Both the position numbers and the translations under genes were made by a program. Of a DNA stretch of 64,000 nt, positions 29,231-39,253 are shown one piece after another (positions within the stretch are counted from its first letter, which is position 1; every line of letters begins with the position of its first letter). A model generated the notes under the pieces. The model was given only the letters and a program-made list of their open reading frames with translations, did not search any database and was not told where the DNA came from. The stretch covers positions 64,001-128,000 of the forward strand of contig JAZLBQ010000026.1 of NCBI GenBank assembly GCA_045613785.1, read 5' to 3'. This stretch comes from Candidatus Enterousia sp. (lineage in GTDB: Bacteria > Pseudomonadota > Alphaproteobacteria > Rs-D84).

Positions 29231-30094
29231 TTACATTTTTAATTTACTTTGCATCTGCACCAAGACCGGCACATCAACGCCTAAACTTTTTGCACGTTCA
29301 ATCAGACCGCACAGTGCAAAAATACCTTCGACTGTTCCTGATGGTTCTTCGCCACGTGCGATAGCCATACCGCCTGAAAAGTTTCTGCTGGTTGGGCTGG
29401 TTGCAGACAAGAACAAATCCCCTATTCCGCAAAGTCCTGAAAAGGTTTCAATTTTTGCCCCCATTGCCAGTCCAATTTTTATTACTTCGTTCCAAGCCTG
29501 TGTAAAAATCAAAGCCCGTTCATTTTCTCCACCTGCGGCAACGCTGTTGTATCCACAAATAAGAGCAACTGCATTTTTACCAACCCCGCAAACTTCTGCA
29601 CCGATTACGTCATCGCTATTGACCAGATACAGTTTATTCAGTATTTCATTGCCTGCGTCCAGTGCCTTGGTTGTTCCTGCCAATGTTGAACCGGTTGGAA
29701 CGCCTTTTGCGACTTCTGCTGCGAATTGTGGGCCTGACAGAACGCCAAAATCGACGCATTCTGGCAATTCAGTTTGCAGAATTTCAGACATAAATTGTCC
29801 TGATGCACATTCTGCCCCTTTGGTGCAAATGATAACAGGCTGTCCGTTATAAGAATTGCGTGCCTTGCGAACTGTATCACGGAAATAGGCAGCAGGCGTA
29901 ACAACCAGCCAAGCGTCCATTTCTTTCAAGTCATCTAAACTGTTTGTTATACGAATATTTTGTGGCAAAACAACATCATCAAAAGATTTATGCTCTCCAT
30001 CATAAGACCACAGCACAACATCTGCACCACCACGTGCAGAAACGATTGCCAATGCAGTTCCCCAGGCCCCTGCCCCGATTACACCTACTTTCAT
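29231..30094 (-). CDS. gpsA: NAD(P)H-dependent glycerol-3-phosphate dehydrogenase (compact)
   Basis: GAGAWGTALA, TKG, LSGP.FA.EV, KN, GIGDL, SRN, VEG. Confidence 0.93.
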   Translation of the reverse strand: MKVGVIGAGAWGTALAIVSARGGADVVLWSYDGEHKSFDDVVLPQNIRITNSLDDLKEMDAWLVVTPAAYFRDTVRKARNSYNGQPVIICTKGAECASGQFMSEILQTELPECVDFGVLSGPQFAAEVAKGVPTGSTLAGTTKALDAGNEILNKLYLVNSDDVIGAEVCGVGKNAVALICGYNSVAAGGENERALIFTQAWNEVIKIGLAMGAKIETFSGLCGIGDLFLSATSPTSRNFSGGMAIARGEEPSGTVEGIFALCGLIERAKSLGVDVPVLVQMQSKLKM

Positions 30095-31707
30095 TTTATT
30101 TTCCTTATTTTTCTTTGGATATTGGGCACAACTGTCAATCCATCATCTGATAAATCAATTGCCCTTTTGTATGCGTTATTTGCTTTATCAAACTCGCCCT
30201 TTTCCGCATACATATCACCCAAATGTTCAAATAAAACAGAACAAGTCTCGGCTACATCACCGACCCGTTCCATCACGTCCAGTGCGGCATCAACACCCTC
30301 ACGTGCCGCCACCACATATCCCAGCGTATCCCACGCCAAGATATCAGTTGGATTTTGCTGAACCAGCGTCATAGCATAGTCATATGCATTATCCAATTCC
30401 CGGTTCTGTGCAGCCCATATTTTGGCCTGCAAAGACATAATTTCACCATCTATTATCAAAGTCTCGGCTGCATCTTTAATATCGTCCTGTGCTGCATTCA
30501 TATTACCAAAAGCATAATGAATTTGTGCACGGTTTTTCAAAAAGAACGCCCGCCCTACTTCGTCCAGGTTGTTATCATTTAATGCACGGCGAACGATACG
30601 CAAAGCGGCACGTTTATTGCCGTGTTGGATATGGTGTCCAATCAGTGTATTTACCCCTGGCACAAACAGTGGATACGATTCCAAAGCTTCTTGCAATGGT
30701 TGCATATTTTTTGTTTTTTCTGCAATACGTAAAACACCGAATAGTCTAAAAGGGCTATCCTTATTTATTTTATTGAAATGCTGTTCAAAGTCGCCCTGGT
30801 TATAAAAGAAATAGTTTCCTAAATAATAATCGACGGCATTATTGCTGGCTGCGAATTCAGGTGCTGTAATTTCTGCGAAACGCAACAGCAGCATTGCCAA
30901 ATCAGAATGCATCATAATACTGGTATGAGAAACATTTTGAACCAAACTGAACGCCAGTTGATTTTTATAACCACTGTAAACAGACCAATCGGGAACATTG
31001 TCAAAATCAGCCATAAACATGCCACCTGGTCGTGCGGTAAAATCAGCCTTTAATTGTTCTGCGTTTTCAGGCATATCGTGATGCGTATAAAATGACATTA
31101 AATACATATAGTCATTTATATTCATAAAGTCTGGACTGACTGCTAAAAAGTTTTCTGTTGCAGTATCGATATCGCCCAGCTCTGCATAGATTTGACCACG
31201 GACAAAAGATTTCCACGAAGCGTTTGTTGGTAATTTATCAATAAATTTAAATGTATTCGTTCGCCAATCGTTTGCAATCGCAGACCAAATACGCAAAGGT
31301 GCTACCAACGCAGATTCGTCATTTTTATGTCTGTTGTGCAATTCCTTCCAATTATCGTTTTGAATCAGGTAAGCGTCATAAATCAACTGTGCTGGCGTGC
31401 TTTTTTCGTTCTTTAACAGACGTGCATCAAACGGCATACGTCCACCCAAGAAATCTGCCAAATAAACAGTGTTTTGCACAATAGGATATTGTTCGTTGTT
31501 TAGTATAGAAACGAATCCAGTTGCGGCATCGAAATCGTTGACATAGATTGCGTGCTGAGCCGCCAAGAAAGCCCCGTATTTTGTTTCTGGGAATTCGTAA
31601 GATTCTACCTTATTATTTTCGAACAAGTGCGTCCAAATTGCACCACCTGTCACAGTGATAATTGTGAACAAACTAACAGTGATAAATATTCTTTCTATTT
31701 TTCTCAT
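30091..31707 (-). CDS. Membrane-anchored TPR-repeat protein
   Basis: N-terminal TM; C-terminal DTLGYV and EHLGDMY TPR signatures. Confidence 0.8.
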   Translation of the reverse strand: MRKIERIFITVSLFTIITVTGGAIWTHLFENNKVESYEFPETKYGAFLAAQHAIYVNDFDAATGFVSILNNEQYPIVQNTVYLADFLGGRMPFDARLLKNEKSTPAQLIYDAYLIQNDNWKELHNRHKNDESALVAPLRIWSAIANDWRTNTFKFIDKLPTNASWKSFVRGQIYAELGDIDTATENFLAVSPDFMNINDYMYLMSFYTHHDMPENAEQLKADFTARPGGMFMADFDNVPDWSVYSGYKNQLAFSLVQNVSHTSIMMHSDLAMLLLRFAEITAPEFAASNNAVDYYLGNYFFYNQGDFEQHFNKINKDSPFRLFGVLRIAEKTKNMQPLQEALESYPLFVPGVNTLIGHHIQHGNKRAALRIVRRALNDNNLDEVGRAFFLKNRAQIHYAFGNMNAAQDDIKDAAETLIIDGEIMSLQAKIWAAQNRELDNAYDYAMTLVQQNPTDILAWDTLGYVVAAREGVDAALDVMERVGDVAETCSVLFEHLGDMYAEKGEFDKANNAYKRAIDLSDDGLTVVPNIQRKIRKIK

Positions 31708-31728
31708 AACTATGTTAGAATAACGCTT

Positions 31729-32289
31729 ATGAACAATAAAGTCAAATTTGAACAGTATGCAGCACTGCTGCAAGAATGGTCTGGGCGGATGAATCTTGTT
31801 GCCCCCAGCACATTAAATGATATAGAAAACCGTCACATTGCAGATTCTGCTCAGTTGGCGGATATTTTGCCATCTGATGTTGATATAATCGATTTGGGCA
31901 GCGGTGCAGGTTTTCCTGGTGTTGTTCTGGCGATATTGGGGTGGCGTGTCACTTGTATTGAATCGATTGGCAAGAAGGTGTCGTTTTTGTCGGCTGTAAA
32001 AGATGCGTTGGGGCTGGATAATTTAACGATTTATCATGGTCGTGTCGAAGAATATGTCCGGCATTTACCGGCAAAAAAGGATAATATTGTGTTTACGGCA
32101 CGTGCATTTGCGTCGCTGACAAAGATAATGGATTATGTTGCACACACAAAATGCCGGCTTTTTTTGCTAAAAGGTCGTGAAATTGCCGGGGAAATATCTG
32201 CTGCTCAGCAACATTATAAATTTAATTATGATTTAACACCATCTAAAACAGGTGATGGATTTATAATTTCTGTTCGTTTTGACCGGTAA
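31729..32289 (+). CDS. rsmG: 16S rRNA m7G527 methyltransferase RsmG (GidB)
   Basis: MNLV, RHIADS, DLGSGAGFPG, TARAF; upstream of parA. Confidence 0.95.
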   Translation: MNNKVKFEQYAALLQEWSGRMNLVAPSTLNDIENRHIADSAQLADILPSDVDIIDLGSGAGFPGVVLAILGWRVTCIESIGKKVSFLSAVKDALGLDNLTIYHGRVEEYVRHLPAKKDNIVFTARAFASLTKIMDYVAHTKCRLFLLKGREIAGEISAAQQHYKFNYDLTPSKTGDGFIISVRFDR

Positions 32290-32303
32290 TTTCATGTGAA
32301 ATA
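32288..32303. promoter_or_regulatory. parS-like site 1
   Basis: AATTTCATGTGAAATA versus canonical TGTTTCACGTGAAACA. Confidence 0.7.
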
Positions 32304-32352
32304 CTGGTTAAATTGTTGAAAAAAGAACAATATTTCAAAATAACACAAAAAA

Positions 32353-32368
32353 GCCGGTAAAGACCGGC
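32353..32368. repeat. RCCGGY-N4-RCCGGY motif between the two parS-like sites
   Basis: GCCGGT AAAG ACCGGC. Confidence 0.75.
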
Positions 32369-32403
32369 GTTTTTAATATTAAAATTGTTGAAAAAATGCG
32401 TTT

Positions 32404-32419
32404 TATTTCATGTGAAATA
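32404..32419. promoter_or_regulatory. parS-like site 2
   Basis: TATTTCATGTGAAATA, near-perfect palindrome upstream of parA. Confidence 0.75.
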
Positions 32420-32526
32420 AAAAATAACAGTATGATTTTAGGGTGTTTTTCATAAAATTTAATAAACTCTTGACCGAATCGACCTGTTTTTATAAGGTAA
32501 AAGTCGAAAGGATAGGGATATTTTAT

Positions 32527-33312
32527 ATGGTAAAAGTAATTGCATTTGCAAATCAAAAAGGTGGTGTAGGTAAAACTACGACTGCAATAAATATTGGTGC
32601 ATCATTGGCGGCGATTAAACGTCGTGTGTTGTTGATTGATCTTGATCCCCAGGGAAATGCTGGCACAGGGTTGGGTTTTGTTCGTGCGGGTCATCGTCAA
32701 AGTGCCTATGGTGTTATAATGGGAACTGCAAATATTGCGGATAATATCTTGACAACTGCTGTTCCTGGCTTGCATTTGTTGCCATCGTCCCAGGCGTTGG
32801 CTGGTTTGGAAATTGATTTGCTGGGGATGGCAAATCCAGAATTTCGCTTGCGTGATGCATTGAATACAATCGCAGAACATTATGATTATATTTTGTTGGA
32901 TTGTCCGCCTGCGTTGGGTTATTTGACTGTAAATGCGTTGACTGCTGCAAATTCGGTTATAATACCGTTGCAGTGTGAATTTTATGCCCTCGAAGGTTTG
33001 ACACAACTAACAGATACAATTGCGGCTGTTCGTGAAAAATGGAATCCGGAATTGGATATTTTGGGTGTGTTGTTGACAATGTATTCTAAACAATATGGTT
33101 TAACTAGGGCGGTTGATGATGACGTTCGTCAGGCGTTTGGCGATACAGTGTTTAAAACTGTTGTTCCGCGAAACGTTCGTGTATCAGAAGCCCCCAGTCA
33201 TGGCAAGCCAGCATTGTTCTATGATTTTAAATCGCCGGGTGCTCAGGCGTATTTGCGCGTAGCGACCGAAGTAATTCAAAAAACCGAAGGAATCGAATAT
33301 GTCAGTGAATAA
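32527..33312 (+). CDS. parA: Chromosome partitioning ATPase ParA
   Basis: NQKGGVGKTTT, DLDPQGN, DCPP, QCEFYALEG, EAPSHG. Confidence 0.97.
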   Translation: MVKVIAFANQKGGVGKTTTAINIGASLAAIKRRVLLIDLDPQGNAGTGLGFVRAGHRQSAYGVIMGTANIADNILTTAVPGLHLLPSSQALAGLEIDLLGMANPEFRLRDALNTIAEHYDYILLDCPPALGYLTVNALTAANSVIIPLQCEFYALEGLTQLTDTIAAVREKWNPELDILGVLLTMYSKQYGLTRAVDDDVRQAFGDTVFKTVVPRNVRVSEAPSHGKPALFYDFKSPGAQAYLRVATEVIQKTEGIEYVSE

Positions 33313-34180
33313 ATTTGGTTTAGGGCGTGGTTTGGCCGACTTGCAACTAGCCAAGGGGACAATCCCAGATATTTCAATTTTGGCTGGCACCGAACGTGTT
33401 GTTGTAAAGCAAATTCCGTTAGCACAAATTGGTGCAAATCCTGATCAGCCACGTAAAACTTTTCCGGATTCTGAATTGGCGGATTTGGCGGCATCTATCC
33501 GTGAAAAGGGTGTTTTGCAACCAATTTTATTACGCACGGTTTCAGGACGTCCATATGCGTATGAAATTGTTGCAGGCGAACGTCGCTTTCGTGCATCTAA
33601 ATTGGCAGGACTGTCAGAGATACCGGCGCTGGTAAAAACGATTGATGATAACAATGCGATGGAAATTGCATTGATTGAAAATGTTCAGCGTGAAAACCTG
33701 AATCCAATCGAAGAATCAAATGCGTATAAAAACCTGATGGAATGTTGTGATTATGAATTGGACGATGTTGCCCGTCTTATTGGGAAATCGGCCAGTTATA
33801 TTCGTAATATGTTGCGTTTGACAGCATTACCTGAATCTGTTCAAGGAATGGTTAGTCGTGGTGAGTTGTCTGCGTCGCATGCACGCACGATTGCGACGGC
33901 TGAAAATCCCGAAGAATTGGCACATAAAATTGTTTCTGAAAAATTATCAGTTGCCGCCACGGATCAGGTTGTAAAAACTGCACCACGTGCAAAAACGGCT
34001 CGTGCACATACGTCAAACACAATCGATGCAGCGACAGTTCAAGATATAGAATCACGGATAAAACGTGCTTTGGGTGTTTCTGTAAAATTGACCGAGCGTC
34101 GTGGTGGGGCAGGGCAGATTGTGTTGTCTTTTGTCAGTCGTCCACAGTTGACGGAACTTGTTGAAAAACTGACCAAGTAA
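33299..34180 (+). CDS. parB: Chromosome partitioning CTPase ParB
   Basis: GLGRGL, QPRK, GVLQPIL, AGERRFRA, ENVQRENLNPIEE, HTH. Confidence 0.96.
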   Translation: MSVNKFGLGRGLADLQLAKGTIPDISILAGTERVVVKQIPLAQIGANPDQPRKTFPDSELADLAASIREKGVLQPILLRTVSGRPYAYEIVAGERRFRASKLAGLSEIPALVKTIDDNNAMEIALIENVQRENLNPIEESNAYKNLMECCDYELDDVARLIGKSASYIRNMLRLTALPESVQGMVSRGELSASHARTIATAENPEELAHKIVSEKLSVAATDQVVKTAPRAKTARAHTSNTIDAATVQDIESRIKRALGVSVKLTERRGGAGQIVLSFVSRPQLTELVEKLTK

Positions 34181-34195
34181 AAAAGTTGAAAAAAA

Positions 34196-34270
34196 GCCGG
34201 TAAAAGCCGGCTTTGTTGTAGGTTGTGTTTGTATAATAAAAATGTTGATAAATTACCGGCTTTTGCCGGT
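34196..34270. repeat. Two oppositely oriented RCCGGY-N4-RCCGGY motifs after parB
   Basis: GCCGGT AAAA GCCGGC (34196-34211) and ACCGGC TTTT GCCGGT (34255-34270). Confidence 0.78.
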
Positions 34271-34432
34271 CTTTTTGTGCATTTTTATAAATTGTTTGTA
34301 TGTGAATCATATTTGTTGTCAGAAAAAAATATTGATATAAAAATCAAAAATAAACAGTAAAAAGCCGGGATTTTAATTGAAAACCCAGAAATATTTTTGT
34401 ATCTTTACACCGCAAACCCAAAGGGGAAATAA

Positions 34433-34627
34433 ATGGACGAAAAAAAATTATCATTCGAAGAAGCTTATAAACAACTAACCGAACTGGTAAAAAAGATGGA
34501 ATCAGGCGAATTGCCGCTGGCTGATTCTGTTGCAGCCTATGAACAGGGTATAAAGTTAAAGGCGTATTGTGAACAATTGTTAAAAGAAGCCGAATTAAAA
34601 ATCGAAACATTAAAAGTCAGTGCATAA
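34433..34627 (+). CDS. xseB: Exodeoxyribonuclease VII small subunit
   Basis: LSFEEAY..L..LV..MESGELPLADSV..YEQG..L...C...L..AE. Confidence 0.92.
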   Translation: MDEKKLSFEEAYKQLTELVKKMESGELPLADSVAAYEQGIKLKAYCEQLLKEAELKIETLKVSA

Positions 34628-34652
34628 AAATATTTAATCAAACGGATTTATT

Positions 34653-37184
34653 GTGGCGGAAAAAAGCAAACTTACCCCAGTTATGCAGCAATACGTGGAT
34701 ATGAAGTCTGAGAATCCAGACGCATTGCTGATGTTTCGTTTGGGGGATTTTTATGAATCATTTTTTGAAGATGCACGCATTATCAGTTCTGCGTTGGGTC
34801 TGGTTTTGACGGCTCGTGGCACAGATGCAGATGGTCAGGAAATTCCAATGTGTGGGATACCATGGCATGCAGCGGACAACTATTTTGGTCGTCTGGTCAG
34901 GGCAGGGCACAAGGTTGCATTGGTCGAGCAGATGGAAACACCTGCCCAGGCCAAGGCTCGTGGTCATAAATTTATTGAACGTAATATTGTTCGTGTTTTA
35001 ACGCCTGGAACATTGACTGATGAAAATTTGCTGACACCAAAGAATTCAAATTTCTTGGTTGCAATATCACCGATGTCTGGCGGGAAATATGACATTGCAG
35101 GTTGTGATATATCAACGGGTGAATTTTTTGTTGGTCAAACATCTGATGCTGTTGATGATATGGTTCGTATTTCCCCAGCGGAAGTTATTTTTCCATTTAG
35201 CACTGCCGAAGAAAAAACAATTATGAAACTGCGTGAATTGTTCAAATCCACGCCTGTATATGAAAAATTATATCATCGCACAGATATTGACCAGGTTATT
35301 CACCGTGTTTTTGGTGGTGTTGTTGATGGTGCATCTGCACTGCAAAAATCTGATGGTGCAATAAGTTTGCTGGCAGGGTATTTGTTTAATACTCAGCGTG
35401 GTGCATCGATAACATTTCGCACACCTTATACGTTCAAATCGGGTCGTCAGTTATTGATAGATTCTGCCACATGGCGAAGTCTTGAAATAGACGCACCTAT
35501 AAACGATGGTGGTGTGTGTTTAATTGATGTTCTTGATCAGACTCACACAGCAGCAGGTGCACGAAAAATGCGTTCGTATTTGCGAAATTTATCGGGCGAC
35601 ATTGAACAGATTTTATTGCGTCAGTCTCATATATCGCACTTTGTTTTAAATCCAGATGTTTGCGGTCTGGTATCAAGTGTTTTGACATCTGTCCCAGACG
35701 TAGGTCGTTCATTATCACGATTGTTATCAGGTCGTGGCACACCACGTGATATGCGAAATGTTTCTGATTTTATAAACGCCTTACCACGTGCACAGTTGTT
35801 GTCTGGTCGTCTTGATTTTGATTTTGCGAAACGCTTTGCTGAAATAGACACGCACAGTGAATTTGGGTTGCAGTTATCACGTGCCTTGTCAGAAGACTTG
35901 CCGACATTTTTCCGTGATGGTGGTGTTATTCGTGATGGTTTTGATTTATCACTGGATAATATGCGTTCGTTGTCAAATGGGGCCCGTGAAACGATTGCTG
36001 CACTTCAGGCAGAATATGTATCAGCAACGGGTATAAACACACTAAAAATCAAATATAACAATATTCTGGGCTATTTTATTGAAGTTCCAGCAGCCCGTGC
36101 AGATACTTTGCTTACCCCTGAATCTGGCTTTATTCATCGTCAGACAATGTCTGGCAACATGCGATTTACGACATCACGCCTGATTGAATTGGATAACGAT
36201 ATTCGCAGTGCCGCTGAAAAGGCATCTGCCATAGAATCAGAAATCATCAATCAGTTTATTGAACAAATTCGAACAATATCAGATGATTTGCTTGCTTCGG
36301 CAGATTTGCTAGCGGATGCAGACGTTTGGTTGTCATTAGCGATTGTTGCTCAGCGGTATTCTTGGGTTCGTCCAACGATAACAGACGACCGTGCATATGA
36401 TGTTGTTGGTGGTCGTCACCCAGTGATAGAGTCTGTATTACGTCGCAACAGTGAAAACTTTGTAAAAAATGATTGTAATCTAAATGGTCAGTGTATTGCC
36501 TTGCTAACAGGTCCAAATATGGCGGGGAAATCGACATATTTACGTCAAAATGCGATTATAGTTGTTTTGGCACATTTGGGGTCATTTGTTCCTGCGACAA
36601 GTGCTATAATCGGTATTTGCGACCAGTTGTTCAGTCGTGTTGGTGCATCTGACAACCTGGCAGCAGGTCAATCAACATTTATGGTTGAAATGGCAGAAAC
36701 GGCAAATATTTTAAATCGTGCCACAAATCGTTCGTTTATTATCTTTGATGAAATTGGTCGAGGCACAGCGACATATGACGGTATGGCGATTGCTCAGGCG
36801 GTATTGGAATATTTAGACGGCTTGCAGCCACGCACATTGTTTGCGACGCATTATCACGAATTGACATCACTTGTCTTAAATGGCGGATTAAATCATGTGC
36901 TGACATTGACGATTGACGTGCGTGAGCATAATAATGAAATCATATTCATGCACAAGATTGTTCCAGGTGTTGCCAGTCGTTCGTATGGTATCCATGTTGC
37001 AAGAATGGCAGGAATGCCTCAGTCTGTTGTATCACGTGCAGAAACAGTTTTATCTGCACTGGAATCAAGCGAAACGGTTGCATCGGCACAACAGATGCCA
37101 ACAGCACCGAAATCAACACCTGTGTCCAAGAAAATGCGTGTTTCTGATGAATTGCTACCCCCGCAACTAAGTTTGTTTGGATAA
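34653..37184 (+). CDS. mutS: DNA mismatch repair protein MutS
   Basis: FRLGDFYE, GPNMAGKSTYLRQ, STFMVEM, DEIGRGT, FATHYHEL; GTG start. Confidence 0.97.
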   Translation: MAEKSKLTPVMQQYVDMKSENPDALLMFRLGDFYESFFEDARIISSALGLVLTARGTDADGQEIPMCGIPWHAADNYFGRLVRAGHKVALVEQMETPAQAKARGHKFIERNIVRVLTPGTLTDENLLTPKNSNFLVAISPMSGGKYDIAGCDISTGEFFVGQTSDAVDDMVRISPAEVIFPFSTAEEKTIMKLRELFKSTPVYEKLYHRTDIDQVIHRVFGGVVDGASALQKSDGAISLLAGYLFNTQRGASITFRTPYTFKSGRQLLIDSATWRSLEIDAPINDGGVCLIDVLDQTHTAAGARKMRSYLRNLSGDIEQILLRQSHISHFVLNPDVCGLVSSVLTSVPDVGRSLSRLLSGRGTPRDMRNVSDFINALPRAQLLSGRLDFDFAKRFAEIDTHSEFGLQLSRALSEDLPTFFRDGGVIRDGFDLSLDNMRSLSNGARETIAALQAEYVSATGINTLKIKYNNILGYFIEVPAARADTLLTPESGFIHRQTMSGNMRFTTSRLIELDNDIRSAAEKASAIESEIINQFIEQIRTISDDLLASADLLADADVWLSLAIVAQRYSWVRPTITDDRAYDVVGGRHPVIESVLRRNSENFVKNDCNLNGQCIALLTGPNMAGKSTYLRQNAIIVVLAHLGSFVPATSAIIGICDQLFSRVGASDNLAAGQSTFMVEMAETANILNRATNRSFIIFDEIGRGTATYDGMAIAQAVLEYLDGLQPRTLFATHYHELTSLVLNGGLNHVLTLTIDVREHNNEIIFMHKIVPGVASRSYGIHVARMAGMPQSVVSRAETVLSALESSETVASAQQMPTAPKSTPVSKKMRVSDELLPPQLSLFG

Positions 37185-37197
37185 AGGAACAAAAACA

Positions 37198-38070
37198 ATG
37201 AAATCAGGCTGGATAATCTTGGACAAAGACAGTGGTTTATTTTCCCGCACAGCGGGCGGTCGCATTGCCCGAATGTTGGGGACAAAAAAATATGGACATA
37301 TTGGGACATTGGATCCGATGGCTGCGGGTGTATTACCGATTGCGATTGGCGATGCGACCAAGATGATACCATTTGTCGAAGAAATGAATCCATCTGTCAA
37401 AGAGTATTTGTTTTCGATGCAATTTGGCTTTGAAACAGATACATTGGATATAACGGGCACTGAAACCAAGCGTGATAACAAAATCCCGACCTTGGAAGAA
37501 GTTTTGTCAGTTTTGCCAAATTTTATAGGGAAAATAAATCAAGTTCCGCCGATTTATTCAGCAGTGCACGTAGAAGGTTCACGTGCATATATAGCCGCCC
37601 GTCAGGGCAGGGCGTTGGATATTCCTGCCCGTCCTGTTCAGATATATGAGCTGGAATTTATAGGGCTAGATGGTAAATCTTGGTGTTTTAGGACACGTTG
37701 CAGTCGTGGAACATATGTTCGTTCATTGGGGCGTGATATTGCCAATTTGTGTGGTTGTATTGCGACTGTGGACAGTATTCGTCGCACGCAAAGCAATGGA
37801 TTTGATGTAAAAAACGCCGTCCGACTTGATTTTTTGGAAAAAGTATTTAATAATAGTGGAAATTTAGGCGAAAACCTAAAACCGATAGATTTTGGACTGG
37901 GGGACATTCCGGTTCTGAATCTGTCTGACAAAGACGCGAATTTCTATCGAAATGGTGGCTTTGTCGAAACTGGGGCAGGGGACGGTCTGTTCCGCATTTA
38001 TACGGGTGATTTATTCATTGGTATTGGTGTGGTTTCTGGTGGTCAACTGCGACCAAAGCGAACAATTTAA
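37198..38070 (+). CDS. truB: tRNA pseudouridine-55 synthase
   Basis: [33 protein letters not shown]. Confidence 0.96.
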   Translation: MKSGWIILDKDSGLFSRTAGGRIARMLGTKKYGHIGTLDPMAAGVLPIAIGDATKMIPFVEEMNPSVKEYLFSMQFGFETDTLDITGTETKRDNKIPTLEEVLSVLPNFIGKINQVPPIYSAVHVEGSRAYIAARQGRALDIPARPVQIYELEFIGLDGKSWCFRTRCSRGTYVRSLGRDIANLCGCIATVDSIRRTQSNGFDVKNAVRLDFLEKVFNNSGNLGENLKPIDFGLGDIPVLNLSDKDANFYRNGGFVETGAGDGLFRIYTGDLFIGIGVVSGGQLRPKRTI

Positions 38071-38090
38071 TAAAAATAAAAGGAAAAATA

Positions 38091-38363
38091 ATGTCCATTA
38101 CAAAGGCAAAAAAATCTGAATTGATTCAGGAATACAAAATTTCTGAAAACGACAACGGTGGTTCAGTTGAATCCCAAGTTGCTGTTTTGACAGAACGCAT
38201 TCGCAACTTGACAGAACATATGAAGGCGAATCACAAAGACAATCACTCAAAACGTGGTTTGTTGTTGATGGTAAACCGTCGTAAAAAGTTGCTGGCTTAT
38301 ATCAAGAAACGTAATTCATCTGATTACGAAGCCTTGATTAAAAAGTTAGGTCTGCGTAAATAA
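38091..38363 (+). CDS. rpsO: 30S ribosomal protein S15
   Basis: [26 protein letters not shown]. Confidence 0.96.
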   Translation: MSITKAKKSELIQEYKISENDNGGSVESQVAVLTERIRNLTEHMKANHKDNHSKRGLLLMVNRRKKLLAYIKKRNSSDYEALIKKLGLRK

Positions 38364-38364
38364 T

Positions 38365-38388
38365 AAATCCCCCGAATGGGGGATTTTT
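38365..38388 (+). terminator. Terminator after rpsO
   Basis: AAATCCCCC-GAAT-GGGGGATTTTT. Confidence 0.75.
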
Positions 38389-38453
38389 CTTGCACTGATA
38401 AAGTTATGTTTGCAAAAAAAAATCGCCCAAATGGGCGACTTTTTTGTTTGTTA

Positions 38454-39122
38454 TTAGAAACCTTTTGGTGTTTCCATTTTTACTTTTGAAATCTTTTTAT
38501 CCAGTGCAGCAACAACTTCCTTGGTGATGTCCAAGTTTTCTGTATTTGCACCTGTGCGTGCCATACGTCCATCGATTACCAAAGACAAATTCTTTTTATC
38601 GATAATACCTTCGATAACAGGATCCAAGTGCTTGCTTTGAATTTCGCTCAATGCCTTTTGATAAGAAGTTTCGATGCTTTGTGCACGTTCTGTCAAATCA
38701 CGTTGCAACTTTGTGACTTTGTTTTGATAGTCAACAACACGGCGTTGCAATGCTTCACGAGATAAAACATCTTGTGATTTTTCGATTTCGGCTTTTTCTT
38801 TTTCCAAATCCTTCTGCTGTTTGGTCAATTCGTCACGCAGTTTGTTTTCGTATTTTTCTTTTTGTTCACGCAAATCTTTTAAAGCAACTGCGTTTGATTG
38901 GATTTCGTCCATACGAACGACTGCGATACGCAAGTTTGCACCATTTGTTGCGTCTTCTGAAACGACTGTCATAGCGTCTGCAACAGAAGCACCACCGTTG
39001 TTATTGTTCAGTGCAGAAACTGCCCATGCACCCAAAACGGCGACTGCAACAACAGCTGCTGCGATAATACCTGTTTTCTTATAGTTTTTTACAACATTGT
39101 TATCTGATGATTTATTTGCCAT
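38454..39122 (-). CDS. skp: OmpH/Skp-family periplasmic chaperone
   Basis: IAVVRMDEI, long coiled coil, LVID, DITKEV..ALD. Confidence 0.85.
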   Translation of the reverse strand: MANKSSDNNVVKNYKKTGIIAAAVVAVAVLGAWAVSALNNNNGGASVADAMTVVSEDATNGANLRIAVVRMDEIQSNAVALKDLREQKEKYENKLRDELTKQQKDLEKEKAEIEKSQDVLSREALQRRVVDYQNKVTKLQRDLTERAQSIETSYQKALSEIQSKHLDPVIEGIIDKKNLSLVIDGRMARTGANTENLDITKEVVAALDKKISKVKMETPKGF

Positions 39123-39207
39123 TTTCCATCCTTTTTGCTTGTTATGGCAATCACTATACCAATAAAAAGTTGAAAGTAAAACAGAAAGTTGTTCCGAAAA
39201 TAGTCAT

Positions 39208-39239
39208 AAAAAAATCCCCCGAACGGGGGAATTTTTTTT
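39208..39239 (-). terminator. Terminator after the TPR gene
   Basis: TCCCCC-GAAC-GGGGGA flanked by A and T runs. Confidence 0.65.
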
Positions 39240-39253
39240 CTAGATTTTCAAGT

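Noticed and set aside
34293-34309. Possible third parS site (TGTTTGTATGTGAATCA)
   Set aside because: Too many mismatches and poor symmetry.
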